This document shows positions 38,326-52,873 of a DNA stretch of 64,000 nucleotides, piece by piece. This DNA comes from Oceanispirochaeta sp. (lineage in GTDB: Bacteria; Spirochaetota; Spirochaetia; DSM-2461). Position numbers and translations under genes: made by a program. Location: contig CAXXXD010000002.1 of assembly GCA_963663385.2 (NCBI GenBank), forward strand, positions 64,001-128,000. The letters run 5' to 3'. The notes beneath the pieces are model-generated. The model saw only the letters and a program-made list of their open reading frames with translations, was not told the origin of the DNA and did no database searches. Each line of letters begins with the position of its first letter. Within the stretch, counting starts at the first letter, position 1.

Positions 38326-40128
38326 ATGAAAATAGAAACAGTAAAACCTGTAAACAGATTAAAGGGACAGATGCCCAAAGTGGGAATCCGTCCTGTCATT
38401 GACGGTAGAGAAAAAGGCGTAAGGGAATCTCTGGAAGTTCAGACCATGAACATGGCCAGGTCGGCTGCCAGGCTGATTGAGGAAAACCTGCGCCACTCCA
38501 ATGGACTCCCCGTAGAGTGCGTGATTGCAGACAGTACTATCGGCGGCGTGGCAGAAGCAGCTGAGTGTGCTGACAAATTTTCCCGGGAGGGAGTCGGGGT
38601 ATCCCTGACCGTTACTCCCTGCTGGTGTTACGGAACAGAAGTAATGGATACGGATCCCCTGCTTCCCAAAGCTGTATGGGGCTTCAACGGTACGGAAAGA
38701 CCCGGTGCTGTTTACCTGGCTGCCGCTCTGGCAGGGTATACCCAGAGAGGGCTTCCCGCGTTCGGGATTTACGGGCGGGATGTTCAGGATTCGGACGATA
38801 CGAGTATCCCCGAGGATGTAAAGGAGAAAATCCTCCGTTTTGTTAACGCGGCTCTTGCTGTATCAACCATGAAGGGGAAGTCCTACCTTTCCCTTGGAGG
38901 AATGTCCATGGGAATCGCCGGATCTCTGGTAAACCAGGACTTTCTGCTGGACTACCTGGGAATGCGGACGGAAGTTGTGGATATGAGCGAGGTCGCCCGT
39001 CGTGTGGAAGAGAACATCTTTGATCCGGAAGAGTATGAAAAGGCTTTAAAATGGGTTAAGGAGAACTGTACGGAACAGGAAGACACGGTCAATGCGCCCG
39101 AATACCGCAGATCAGCGGAGCAGAGAGAGGCAGACTGGGAGTATGTGGTTAAGATGGTTCTGATCGGTAAGGACCTTATGATTGGAAATCCCAAATTGAA
39201 AGAGATGGGATTCGGAGAAGAATCTCTGGGACGTAATGCTATCGCCGGCGGATTCCAGGGACAGAGATCCTGGACTGATCACTATCCCAACGGCGACTTT
39301 ATGGAAACCATGCTTAACACATCCTTTGACTGGAACGGTATCCGGGAAGCCTTTGTTTTCGCTACCGAAAATGACCATCTGAACGGAATCACCATGCTTT
39401 TCGGTCATCTTCTGAGCAATACGGCTCAGATTTTCAGTGATGTAAGAACCTACTGGAGCCCTGACGCCATCGAGAGGGTAACCGGCTGGAAACCCGACGG
39501 GTTGGCCAAAGAGGGATTTATCCATCTGATTAACTCCGGTTCCACCACTCTGGACGGCGCCGGTCAGATGTCCGATGCCGAAGGAAATCCTGTAATGAAA
39601 CCCTTCTGGGATATAACCCCCGAGGATGTTGAAAAGACCATGAAGGCAACCGAGTTTTGTGTGGGTGACGGCGGATACTTCCGGGGCGGCGGATATTCTT
39701 CCGATTTCCTTACAAAAGGCGGAATGCCCTGTACCATGGCAAGGCTGAATATGGTTAAAGGTCTGGGACCTGTTCTGCAGATTGCGGAAGGATGGACAGT
39801 GGATGTTCCTCAGAATGTTCATGACATTCTGGATACCAGAACCAACCCCACCTGGCCCACAACCTGGTTTGTTCCCCGGACTACCGGCGAAGGTTCCTTC
39901 AAAGATGTTTATACGGTAATGGCTAAATGGGGAGCCAATCATGGCGCCATCAGTTACGGCCATATCGGAGCGGATCTGATAACCCTCTGTTCCATGCTGC
40001 GGATTCCTGTCTGTATGCACAATGTAGAGGGTGAGCTCTTCCGGCCCAGTGCCTGGGCTTCATTCGGAATGGATGACGAAGGGGCTGACTACCGGGCCTG
40101 CAAGAACTTCGGACCAGTATACGGTTAA
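38326..40128 (+). CDS. fucI: L-fucose isomerase
   Basis: [60 protein letters not shown]. Confidence 0.96.
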   Translation: MKIETVKPVNRLKGQMPKVGIRPVIDGREKGVRESLEVQTMNMARSAARLIEENLRHSNGLPVECVIADSTIGGVAEAAECADKFSREGVGVSLTVTPCWCYGTEVMDTDPLLPKAVWGFNGTERPGAVYLAAALAGYTQRGLPAFGIYGRDVQDSDDTSIPEDVKEKILRFVNAALAVSTMKGKSYLSLGGMSMGIAGSLVNQDFLLDYLGMRTEVVDMSEVARRVEENIFDPEEYEKALKWVKENCTEQEDTVNAPEYRRSAEQREADWEYVVKMVLIGKDLMIGNPKLKEMGFGEESLGRNAIAGGFQGQRSWTDHYPNGDFMETMLNTSFDWNGIREAFVFATENDHLNGITMLFGHLLSNTAQIFSDVRTYWSPDAIERVTGWKPDGLAKEGFIHLINSGSTTLDGAGQMSDAEGNPVMKPFWDITPEDVEKTMKATEFCVGDGGYFRGGGYSSDFLTKGGMPCTMARLNMVKGLGPVLQIAEGWTVDVPQNVHDILDTRTNPTWPTTWFVPRTTGEGSFKDVYTVMAKWGANHGAISYGHIGADLITLCSMLRIPVCMHNVEGELFRPSAWASFGMDDEGADYRACKNFGPVYG

Positions 40129-40162
40129 TATTATAGCAGACTCCAGGCGGTGATATACAGCA

Positions 40163-40200
40163 GGGCGGGCATCCGGATCAGGATAGCCCGCCTTTCCTTT
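40163..40200 (+). terminator. Intrinsic terminator after fucI
   Basis: GGCGGGC-ATCC..GGAT-A-GCCCGCC then TTTCCTTT. Confidence 0.65.
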
Positions 40201-40244
40201 CTCTCCTTATTGACAGAAGCTTCCCGGCCGATCATATTTTAAGA

Positions 40245-42356
40245 ATGGACGAATCAAACCTGTCCGAAATAGACAGGCTCTGTGAACAATCTCTACTGAT
40301 GACCTATCAGAATCTCACAAAAGCATACTCTCTGGCGGAAGAGTGTCTGGATAAGGCGGAGCAGGCCGATTATTCCAAAGGGATTATGAACTCCCGTATT
40401 ATACTGTCCATCCTGGAAATATATAAGGGGAACCTTGATCTGGTCAGGGATAAGCTGAGCCATATAGAACAGGAACTTGTGTCCCAGGCTTATCCCGATG
40501 AATGTCTGATGTATCTCAGTTTTGTCCGGGGACTCTACTTTCTGTGGGATGGTAACTACAGGGACTCCTTTGATGCCTTCATCCGCTGCAGTGTACTGTC
40601 TGCCCGCCTGGGGAACCAGCTTTTTCAGGGACTCAGCGATAACGCCAAGGGCTGTGTGAAACTGGATCAGCAGGAATGTCGTGAAGCATACGATTACTTC
40701 AAAAGCGCCAGTTCCAGATTCCGGTCAGATGAAAATCGGGTCTTAAAGGAAATAATCTCATTGAATATGGGCTGTGCCCTTCATGAAATGGGAGAGAGTA
40801 TCCAGGCTGAAACCATACTTAAAAATACCCTCAAAACAACAATTGATCAGGGGTGGGAAATCCTGGAGTGCTCCGTACTGGATGAGCTGGGCAGGATGAT
40901 GCAGGAGCAGGGCCGGTTTGATCAGGCTGAAGAGTACCTTGAAGAGGGCATCTCCAAAAGCCGTAAACTGGATCTCATAGATGTCTATATGAGTCTGATC
41001 AGTATAAAGGCCCGTATCCTGATTCAGAAGGGACAGGTTGGAGAGGCCAGAAAGCTTCTGACCGAGGAAGTTACAGAGAAACAGAAGGACCTGCATCGAT
41101 TTGTCTATTATCAGCTATTGGCAGATATTCACGAACTGCAGGGCGACTATCGGGAAGCCCTGAAGAATTATAAAAAATACAACGAATTGCAGCAGAAACT
41201 TCTGGGAGAAGATGTGACCCTGTCCATATTAAGGCAGGAAAATAAAATCCTGAAGGAATCCAATCATCAGCTCAGGCTTATCAGTACGATTGGTCAGGAA
41301 CTTGTGGCAAATCTGGATATCGGCCGGATATTGAATCTGATCTATGCCCAGATGAATGTTCTGATGCCGGTGGATCTTCTTCTTGTCGCTCTGGTGGAGA
41401 ATGAAGAGATTAATGTGAAATTCGCTCTTGAAAACGGATCCCGTCTGAAACCCGCCAGAATACGGGTGGATAATCCCGACAGTCTTCTGGCCTGGACAGT
41501 AAGGAATCAAAAAGAAATCTTTATGCGTGACAGCTGCAGGGAGTATTGGAGTTTTTCCAATTCCATAACCAAACATCCCGATGGAACCGATGATCTGTTC
41601 AAATCAATTATCTGTATTCCCCTCTGGTTTATAAATGAGATAGTCGGGGTTATTTCTGTTCAAAGCCGGCAGATCAGTGCCTATTCCGACAGGGATCTTG
41701 AGAATCTCAGGGCGCTGGGGACTTATGCGGGAATTGCCATCCGTAATGCCCTGCAGACCGAAAAAATGAATGAAATGAATCAGGTTCTGAAACATCAGTC
41801 CGCTACGGACAGTTTAACCGGTCTGGTAAACCGCCGAGAGATGGTTCAGCAGGCCAGGAGCATCTGGCGTGTCTGTCGCAGGAATAAATTCTGGTTTTCC
41901 GTTGTTATGATCGATCTGGATCATTTTAAAAAGGTTAACGATGCCCATGGCCATACTGTGGGTGATATTGTATTGAAAAAGGTCGGAACCATTCTGAGGC
42001 AGTCTTTTCAGAGGGCTCTGGACTGTGCCTGCCGATACGGTGGGGAAGAGCTTATGGTTGTGGCAGGTGAAATGACTCCCCGGGAAGCGGCCGCCCGCAT
42101 GGAACTGATCCGCAAAGAACTGGGGAATATCGAGTTTAAGGGGAAGAATGGCGAGATCTTCAAAGTCTGTTTCAGCTGTGGTGTCTACGGGGAAATCCCT
42201 GCTGATGATATCAGAATCAGATTAACAAAGCTTACCAGTATTGTCGACAATTATCTCTATATGGCAAAAAACAATGGTCGTAACTGCACCTATCTATCGG
42301 ATAAGTCTGACAAGCCGGCTATACGATTCGTCCCTGATTCTTCTGTCTCCGATTGA
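40245..42356 (+). CDS. TPR-GAF-GGDEF diguanylate cyclase
   Basis: Helical TPR-like N-terminus, GAF (SIICIPL..IVGVISVQS..AY), DSLTGLVNRR, RYGGEEL. Confidence 0.88.
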   Translation: MDESNLSEIDRLCEQSLLMTYQNLTKAYSLAEECLDKAEQADYSKGIMNSRIILSILEIYKGNLDLVRDKLSHIEQELVSQAYPDECLMYLSFVRGLYFLWDGNYRDSFDAFIRCSVLSARLGNQLFQGLSDNAKGCVKLDQQECREAYDYFKSASSRFRSDENRVLKEIISLNMGCALHEMGESIQAETILKNTLKTTIDQGWEILECSVLDELGRMMQEQGRFDQAEEYLEEGISKSRKLDLIDVYMSLISIKARILIQKGQVGEARKLLTEEVTEKQKDLHRFVYYQLLADIHELQGDYREALKNYKKYNELQQKLLGEDVTLSILRQENKILKESNHQLRLISTIGQELVANLDIGRILNLIYAQMNVLMPVDLLLVALVENEEINVKFALENGSRLKPARIRVDNPDSLLAWTVRNQKEIFMRDSCREYWSFSNSITKHPDGTDDLFKSIICIPLWFINEIVGVISVQSRQISAYSDRDLENLRALGTYAGIAIRNALQTEKMNEMNQVLKHQSATDSLTGLVNRREMVQQARSIWRVCRRNKFWFSVVMIDLDHFKKVNDAHGHTVGDIVLKKVGTILRQSFQRALDCACRYGGEELMVVAGEMTPREAAARMELIRKELGNIEFKGKNGEIFKVCFSCGVYGEIPADDIRIRLTKLTSIVDNYLYMAKNNGRNCTYLSDKSDKPAIRFVPDSSVSD

Positions 42357-43244
42357 ACTCTCAATTCTGCTTCTCAATATTGTTCCGGTTTCTTTTCTGC
42401 CGTAGGGAATCCCTGTCAGATAATTCAAAGATTCGGGAGTTTTAGTTATTACGGCTTTTTTTACTTCGATCTCCATAAGCTGTTCTTCCCCTGGAAACAG
42501 GGCTGACAGGTCCTGGATGAAGGGCGGTGTTTTTTCATACACCCACTCTTCGGATTTGAGACTGACAATTTCTCTCTGTACTGTTTCTGTATTCTGAAGG
42601 GTTTTCCAATCTGCGGGAAACAACTGAAAGGATTCCCGGAAAAAAGAGATAACAGAGTCTACCGTCAGATCCTGTACAACCTTTGAGAGAGATATAACTT
42701 TTGAACGTTTTGAGGCTGTTCCGCCCGTTTTTAAAAAATGACGGTCCCTGTCGGGGGTAATGGCTTTTTTCAGCTTTTCCCTATCCGATGTAATCAGAAG
42801 AGTTCCATGATGAAATACCTTATCCTTTTTCAGACGGAAAGCACTCCCGCTTACCTTATATACATCGTCCTGAAAACGGACAGTCAGATCATGGCGTTCG
42901 TTTATGGAGAGGTTTACGCCGGCTTTTTTCATTATACAGCAGATAATCTCAAGGTTCGCCGTTTTGTCGTACTCCTCCTGGGAGCTTATAAATGAAAAAT
43001 TCACATTCCCGGGGTCGTGATACACCGTTCCCCCTCCGCTCTGTCTGCGGACCAGGTGGATAGGTCCCAGAGCGTAAGGCCGGCTTTCAATCCAGGGATT
43101 CTGAAATCGGCCTATTATGACAGAAGGTTCATTTACATAAAGAAACAGCAGGGGCTGCCTGGAATCGAGGGTTTCGAAGAAGTAGTTCTCCAGAGCCAGA
43201 TTCAGATAGGGATTATGAAAAGGTGAGATAAGAACTTTGTGCAT
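42294..43244 (-). CDS. lplA: Lipoate-protein ligase A
   Basis: NPYLNLALE, IIGRFQNPW.E, RRQSGGGTVYHD.GN, KVSGSA, HHGTLL. Confidence 0.92.
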   Translation of the reverse strand: MHKVLISPFHNPYLNLALENYFFETLDSRQPLLFLYVNEPSVIIGRFQNPWIESRPYALGPIHLVRRQSGGGTVYHDPGNVNFSFISSQEEYDKTANLEIICCIMKKAGVNLSINERHDLTVRFQDDVYKVSGSAFRLKKDKVFHHGTLLITSDREKLKKAITPDRDRHFLKTGGTASKRSKVISLSKVVQDLTVDSVISFFRESFQLFPADWKTLQNTETVQREIVSLKSEEWVYEKTPPFIQDLSALFPGEEQLMEIEVKKAVITKTPESLNYLTGIPYGRKETGTILRSRIESSIGDRRIRDESYSRLVRLIR

Positions 43245-43999
43245 TAAACCTGCAGAACCTCAATACCTGCTTCGATGATCTCTTCAACTATGGATTTTTT
43301 CATGTTTGTATCTGTAATAATCATATCCACGCTGTCTAAAGGGAGAATTTTGACAAACCCTGATTTTCCGTACTTGGATGAATCCGCCATCAGGATCGTT
43401 TTATCCGCCTGCCTCGCCATGTATTTAATAATTTCAGCAGATTCTTCAATGTGAGTTGTCATCCCGTTTTTCAGGGAAAAACCACCGGTTCCCACAAAGG
43501 CATAGTTTACATGGTAGCGTTCCAGATGTGTAAGGGATACGGGGCCGACCAGCGATTCCGATCCGGGTTTAAACTCTCCTCCCACCATTGTGAGATGGAC
43601 AGTGGGATTAACCCGGGCATAGGTAAGGGCCAGGGTTGAATTGGTTACCACATGGATGTTCCGTTTGCCCATCAGATATTTCATAAGCAGGGAGGTCGTG
43701 GTTCCATCGTCAATCATGATGGCGTCGCTTTCTTTAACCATATCCGCTGCGGCTTTGGCAATACGGTTTTTCTCTTCCGGGTGGTTTTTCTGGCTGGCAA
43801 GGATATCCGGGTGAAAAGCCGGAAGGGCGCCTCCTCTCGTTCTGAGTATGAACCCCTTTTCTTCCATGCTGGATAGATCGCTTCGGACGGTTACGGTCGA
43901 GACTTCCAGCAGTTCGCTTATTCTGGTTACAGACAGATTGTAATCGTCAATAAGCATATTGAGAATCTTGTTTTCCCTTTCAGAAAGAAATGGATTCAT
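43244..43999 (-). CDS. DeoR/GlpR-family transcriptional regulator
   Basis: VSTVTVRSDL..RTRGGA, EKNRIAKAA, DDGTT, VVTNS, DSSK; SD GAGG before ATG 43999. Confidence 0.92.
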   Translation of the reverse strand: MNPFLSERENKILNMLIDDYNLSVTRISELLEVSTVTVRSDLSSMEEKGFILRTRGGALPAFHPDILASQKNHPEEKNRIAKAAADMVKESDAIMIDDGTTTSLLMKYLMGKRNIHVVTNSTLALTYARVNPTVHLTMVGGEFKPGSESLVGPVSLTHLERYHVNYAFVGTGGFSLKNGMTTHIEESAEIIKYMARQADKTILMADSSKYGKSGFVKILPLDSVDMIITDTNMKKSIVEEIIEAGIEVLQV

Positions 44000-44212
44000 A
44001 GGAGTACCTCTTTGACTGGACACAGCAGGATTTCCAGCGCTTGCCATTAGTCCAAAAATAACATAATTTCAGAAGAAGAAAAGAAATCCAATATTATTCT
44101 ACTATATTTTTTCATTTAGTCAACCAAATGCTTTCAAAATGCTTGTCAATATCCTTCGGTAATTAAATCGATATAATTTGATTCATTTAGATTAGTAGTG
44201 TATTCTAGTACA

Positions 44213-44638
44213 ATGACTTTTGATTACCAGGTTTCCGGAGAGGACTACTCTCTGGCCGGCAGAGCTTCAAGCAGTATTAAAAAGAAACTGAAGCAATTGG
44301 GACTGCCTTCGGACTTAATTAAACGCACCGCTATTTCAATGTATGAAGCGGAAATTAATATGGTTATACACGCCAATGGCGGAGATATTAATGTAAAACT
44401 TGATTCGGATGCCATAACTATTACCCTGGTTGATACGGGACCAGGAATCCCTGACTTGGATCTGGCCATGCAGGAAGGGTATTCTACTGCTTCCGAAGCC
44501 GCAAGAGAGCTGGGATTTGGCGCCGGTATGGGATTAATGAATATTAAAAAGAATTCAGATGTCATGCATGTTCACAGCGAGGTGGGTAAAGGCACTACGG
44601 TTACAATTGTCCTTCATATATCGGAGCAGGGAGAATAG
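44213..44638 (+). CDS. Anti-sigma-factor-like Ser/Thr kinase (RsbT/RsbW-type HATPase)
   Basis: YEAEINMVIHA, DTGPGI, GYSTA, GFGAGMGL, GTTV; ATG 44213 chosen because TTGATT-N17-TATTCT ends 6 nt before it. Confidence 0.85.
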   Translation: MTFDYQVSGEDYSLAGRASSSIKKKLKQLGLPSDLIKRTAISMYEAEINMVIHANGGDINVKLDSDAITITLVDTGPGIPDLDLAMQEGYSTASEAARELGFGAGMGLMNIKKNSDVMHVHSEVGKGTTVTIVLHISEQGE

Positions 44639-44643
44639 CTGCT

Positions 44644-45936
44644 ATGTATTATCATTCTGTAACTCTTGACGAAGACAGCTGCAAGGGATGCACTGTCTGT
44701 ATAAAAGGCTGTCCCACCGAGGCTATCCGGGTGCAAAAAGGGCATGCCCTGATTATACCCGAACGCTGTATTGACTGCGGGGAGTGTATCAGGACCTGTC
44801 CCCACAATGCCAAGAAGGCTATTTCAGATCCTTTCAGTATGCTGAAGGACTATGACTATACTGTCGCCATTCCGGCGCCTACCTTGTATGGGCAGTTCAA
44901 GGACAGCTTTTCCTGTAACAGGATTCTGACAGGTTTAAAAGCCCTGGGGTTTGATGATGTATATGAAGTTGCTGCCGCTGCTGAAATTATTACCGGGAAG
45001 ACTAATGAACTATTAAAGCAGAAGAAACCTGGAGTCCCTGTTATTTCTTCCTCCTGTCCCGTTGTTGTCCGATTGATTCAGTCCCGGTTCCCATCCCTTG
45101 TAGATCAGCTGACTCCTATAGTTTCGCCTATGGAACTGAGTGCCAGGATTGTAAAGCATAGAGAAAAGGACCGACCGGGTAAAACGGGAGTCTTTTTTAT
45201 TTCTCCCTGTGCTGCCAAGGTTACGGCGGTAAAGAATCCTCGCGGGTTTCATGAGTCAGCTGTTGACGGAGTCATTGGAATCAAGGATATTTACAAACAG
45301 CTGAATCTGGCTATCAACGAAGTAGTTGAGGAAGAACCTTTAAGCCAGGCGGGTTTTGTCGGGATAAGCTGGGCTCGAACAGATGGGGAAGGATCGGCGG
45401 TATATGCCGAGAATCACATATCTGTAGACGGAATCAATCATGTTATTGAAGTTCTGGAAAACATTGAAAATGGTCATATTCAGGATATTGATTTTGTCGA
45501 GATGATGAGCTGCCCCGGTGGATGTGTCGGCGGCCCCATGACAGTGGAAAACCCGTATATAGCCAAAACACGGATCTATAACAGGGAGCGTCGGAGCAGG
45601 GAGAAAAACCCCGAACCCGTAACAAACCGGATTATGGATGAAGAGGTGAACTACCTATGGGATGAGGAACTGGAACCGCGTTCCATCTTCCAGCTGGATC
45701 AGGATTACAGAAAGGCCATCCTGATGATGGAGGAGATGGAAGGGATTCAACAGGGACTTCCCGGTCTGGATTGCGGTTCATGCGGAGCACCGTCCTGCAG
45801 GGCCCTGGCAGAAGATATCGTTCGGGGAAGGGCTTCCGAAACGGATTGTGTTTTTAAACTGAGAGAGAAAATACGGGTTCTGACCCGGGAGATGATAGAG
45901 CTGGAAAGCCATATGCCTCCGGGATTGGACCGCTGA
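44644..45936 (+). CDS. [FeFe]-hydrogenase-like Fe-S protein (putative sensory type)
   Basis: Two ferredoxin motifs (CKGCTVCIKGCP, CIDCGECIRTCP), H-cluster-like SSSCP, SPCAAK, EMMSCPGGCVGG, C-terminal PGLDCGSCGAPSC. Confidence 0.82.
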   Translation: MYYHSVTLDEDSCKGCTVCIKGCPTEAIRVQKGHALIIPERCIDCGECIRTCPHNAKKAISDPFSMLKDYDYTVAIPAPTLYGQFKDSFSCNRILTGLKALGFDDVYEVAAAAEIITGKTNELLKQKKPGVPVISSSCPVVVRLIQSRFPSLVDQLTPIVSPMELSARIVKHREKDRPGKTGVFFISPCAAKVTAVKNPRGFHESAVDGVIGIKDIYKQLNLAINEVVEEEPLSQAGFVGISWARTDGEGSAVYAENHISVDGINHVIEVLENIENGHIQDIDFVEMMSCPGGCVGGPMTVENPYIAKTRIYNRERRSREKNPEPVTNRIMDEEVNYLWDEELEPRSIFQLDQDYRKAILMMEEMEGIQQGLPGLDCGSCGAPSCRALAEDIVRGRASETDCVFKLREKIRVLTREMIELESHMPPGLDR

Positions 45937-45955
45937 AACAGGATATAATTATAAG

Positions 45956-46237
45956 ATGTTAACAGTTGTTACTATTATGAGCCTGGGTATGCTGACTGGT
46001 TTCCTTTTACGGCATAAAGCTCATGTATTTAAAAAAGTGGACCAATGGGTAACTTTGACTATTTATCTTCTGCTCTTCCTGCTGGGACTCTCGGTAGGTA
46101 AAAATGAAATTGTACTGAAGAATATACATTATATAGGGGTCCAGGCTCTCATTATTACACTGGCAGCAGTCATGGGCAGTGTCTTCCTGTGCCGGGTTGT
46201 CTATCATTTCTTTTTTAAAAAGAAGGCGGAATCGTGA
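45956..46237 (+). CDS. LysO/DUF340-family exporter, N-terminal part
   Basis: TIYLLLFLLGLSVG.N motif; stop overlaps the next GTG start. Confidence 0.75.
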   Translation: MLTVVTIMSLGMLTGFLLRHKAHVFKKVDQWVTLTIYLLLFLLGLSVGKNEIVLKNIHYIGVQALIITLAAVMGSVFLCRVVYHFFFKKKAES

Positions 46238-46836
46238 AAAACAGTCTTATTATCCTGGGCTTTTTTATCTGCGGAACGCTGCTCGGTATCTCGGGTGTCA
46301 TACCTGACTTTTCTCAGAGCAATGATATGAGTATGTATGTTCTCTATCTGCTTATGTTTCTGGTGGGAGTTGGCATAGGGGGCGATTCTCATGCATGGGA
46401 TGTACTGAAAAATGCCAATCTGAAAATACTGCTGGTTCCGGTGGCGATTGTTGCAGGATCTCTGGGCGGGGCCGCTCTTATTGCCGGTTTTATGAAAGAT
46501 CTGAATCTGAAAGATGTTCTGGCAGTCAGCTCGGGGTTCGGGTATTACAGTCTTTCCAGCCTGTATATAACCAGTGTCCGGGGAGAGATGATGGGAACGT
46601 TAGCTCTGCTGTCCAATATTATGCGCGAGATCTTAACTCTGCTTTTGACCCCTTTTCTGGTTCGCTTCTCCGGGCCTCTTTCTCCCATAGCCTCCGGTGG
46701 CGCTACCAGTATGGATACAACTCTTCCCATAATATCTCTTTATTCGGGGAGGGATTTTGCCGTTATCTCTCTTTTCAGCGGGATTGTACTGACAGTCCTT
46801 GTCCCCTTTCTTGTTCCCTTTATTCTAAGTCTTTAA
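46234..46836 (+). CDS. LysO-family lysine exporter
   Basis: SGFGYYSLS, SNIMRE, GGATSMDTTLP. Confidence 0.88.
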   Translation: MKNSLIILGFFICGTLLGISGVIPDFSQSNDMSMYVLYLLMFLVGVGIGGDSHAWDVLKNANLKILLVPVAIVAGSLGGAALIAGFMKDLNLKDVLAVSSGFGYYSLSSLYITSVRGEMMGTLALLSNIMREILTLLLTPFLVRFSGPLSPIASGGATSMDTTLPIISLYSGRDFAVISLFSGIVLTVLVPFLVPFILSL

Positions 46837-46923
46837 CTGTGGGTGAACCCTCTGTTCTATTGTTAATTTTCTGTTCAGCATAGTATAATTACTGGTCTGT
46901 TTAATTTTAGGAGATGTGAAAGT

Positions 46924-47298
46924 ATGAATACAAGGCATTTGTCCGGAGCAATGATTCTATCTCTTGCTACAATGATTATTGTTATTCTGGTATTGGTTCT
47001 GACTGATGTTCTCCTGATGCCTGAAACGACTCTCGGGTTCTTTCGTATTTTTTTTATAGCTATTGTTTCTGGTGTGCTGCTCTTTCCTTTCTTCTATTGG
47101 ATCCGGTCCCGTATCGGCGAAGATCCGATCCCGGCAACCCGCCTTTCCGATCTGGAATTGAATGACAGGGATGTCAGGGAGGCTGTGAACCAATGGGTCT
47201 ATGTGCACTACGGGAAGAGAGCTGAAGGTGTAATGGATTTTGAACTGGATGACAGCGGTTCTCTTGTCTGTAAAATTACTGTAAGAGATGAACAATAG
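46924..47298 (+). CDS. Hypothetical protein with two N-terminal TM helices
   Basis: SD AGGAG, upstream TTGTTA-N18-TATAAT, 2 hydrophobic helices then an acidic domain. Confidence 0.7.
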   Translation: MNTRHLSGAMILSLATMIIVILVLVLTDVLLMPETTLGFFRIFFIAIVSGVLLFPFFYWIRSRIGEDPIPATRLSDLELNDRDVREAVNQWVYVHYGKRAEGVMDFELDDSGSLVCKITVRDEQ

Positions 47299-47413
47299 AG
47301 TTTAAAAAAGAATAGAGACAGGTTCCTTATAAAGTAATTTAAGGTAATGTCGATACTTATAGAGTCTTGTATAGATCGGGGAAAGAAAATATGTAAAAAA
47401 ATCCTGAAAAGGG

Positions 47414-47593
47414 TTTACATAAAAGATGATATCGAATAGTATCATCCTCACGCCCGTCAAACAGGCGTGAATGACTAAATAACGGCATAGAAAAGAATTA
47501 AAATATTTTTTAAAATGCTGTTGACAAGAAACAGCATATACTGCTATAACTTGTATCACATTGGCACGGAAGTTGCTAATGGCTCTTTTAAAG
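47414..47593 (+). promoter_or_regulatory. Tandem rrn promoters and boxA-like element
   Basis: TTTACA-N17-TAGTAT (47414-47442); TTGACA-N18-TATAAC with TGn (47521-47550); GCTCTTTTAAA at about 47582. Confidence 0.65.
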
Positions 47594-47855
47594 ATGAATT
47601 AGAGAAGGGAAATTGAAGTATTTGACGAGAGTCAAGACTGCTGCGTACCGGAAACCCGCAGGGTTGAGGAGCGCAGCAACTGGTAGAAATGTTCAAATCC
47701 TGAAACTTTACGGTTGAGGGGTTTGTCCTAGACGTTAGTTTTCTTTAGAGATAAAGGGACTGACTTTCGCTTTCAGCTGTTCAGGATGATTACATCCGCT
47801 TTGCAATGGCTGAGGGTTTTGGTAGAAAGTTATCCACCTTGTGTGGATAAATTAT

Positions 47856-49397
<1,542 letters not shown>

Positions 49398-49637
49398 AGC
49401 GTGAAAGGTATAAGTCTTGAGGTTTGTACGCCTTGAGCAGTGAGTCACTATTTATAGTGCCTATCAGTAGTTACGTTCCTCGGTCTTTGACCTGTGGTAC
49501 GTAACTTGCTTGATTCTCGTTAAATACTTCCAGTTTCCCTTATTTAAATAGAAATCCGTCAATGGACGGTCGGTTTGAACAGCTTGCTGGTTAAATTGTT
49601 TTTACATAGGTAATAGCGAAGGGATAAATAATAATAT

Positions 49638-52561
<2,924 letters not shown>

Positions 52562-52672
52562 ATATTATTATTTATCTCTTCAGTTTTATATAAATTGCAA
52601 TCGCTTTGGAAGCTAGGAATACTTCTGGAGAGTGAATGCTTCTTGTCAGGGTAAGACTTGATAAGATTATTA

Positions 52673-52780
<108 letters not shown>

Positions 52781-52786
52781 TTATTT

Positions 52787-52820
52787 GCCCCTTGTCTTAG
52801 GATGAGGGGCTTTTTCTTTT
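52787..52820 (+). terminator. rrn intrinsic terminator
   Basis: GCCCCTTGTC-loop-GATGAGGGGC then TTTTTCTTTT. Confidence 0.85.
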
Positions 52821-52873
52821 ATAATCGTAAGCGGTAATTCTTCCCACATTGACAGCATTTTAGGACTGATGGA

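Noticed and set aside
39112..40020. Long antisense ORFs (302 aa here; also 5162-5944, 21700-22413, 32007-32741)
   Set aside because: Shadows of well-supported genes on the opposite strand, with no recognisable motifs
49398..49637. tRNA in the 16S-23S spacer
   Set aside because: No cloverleaf or GTTCRA T-loop found
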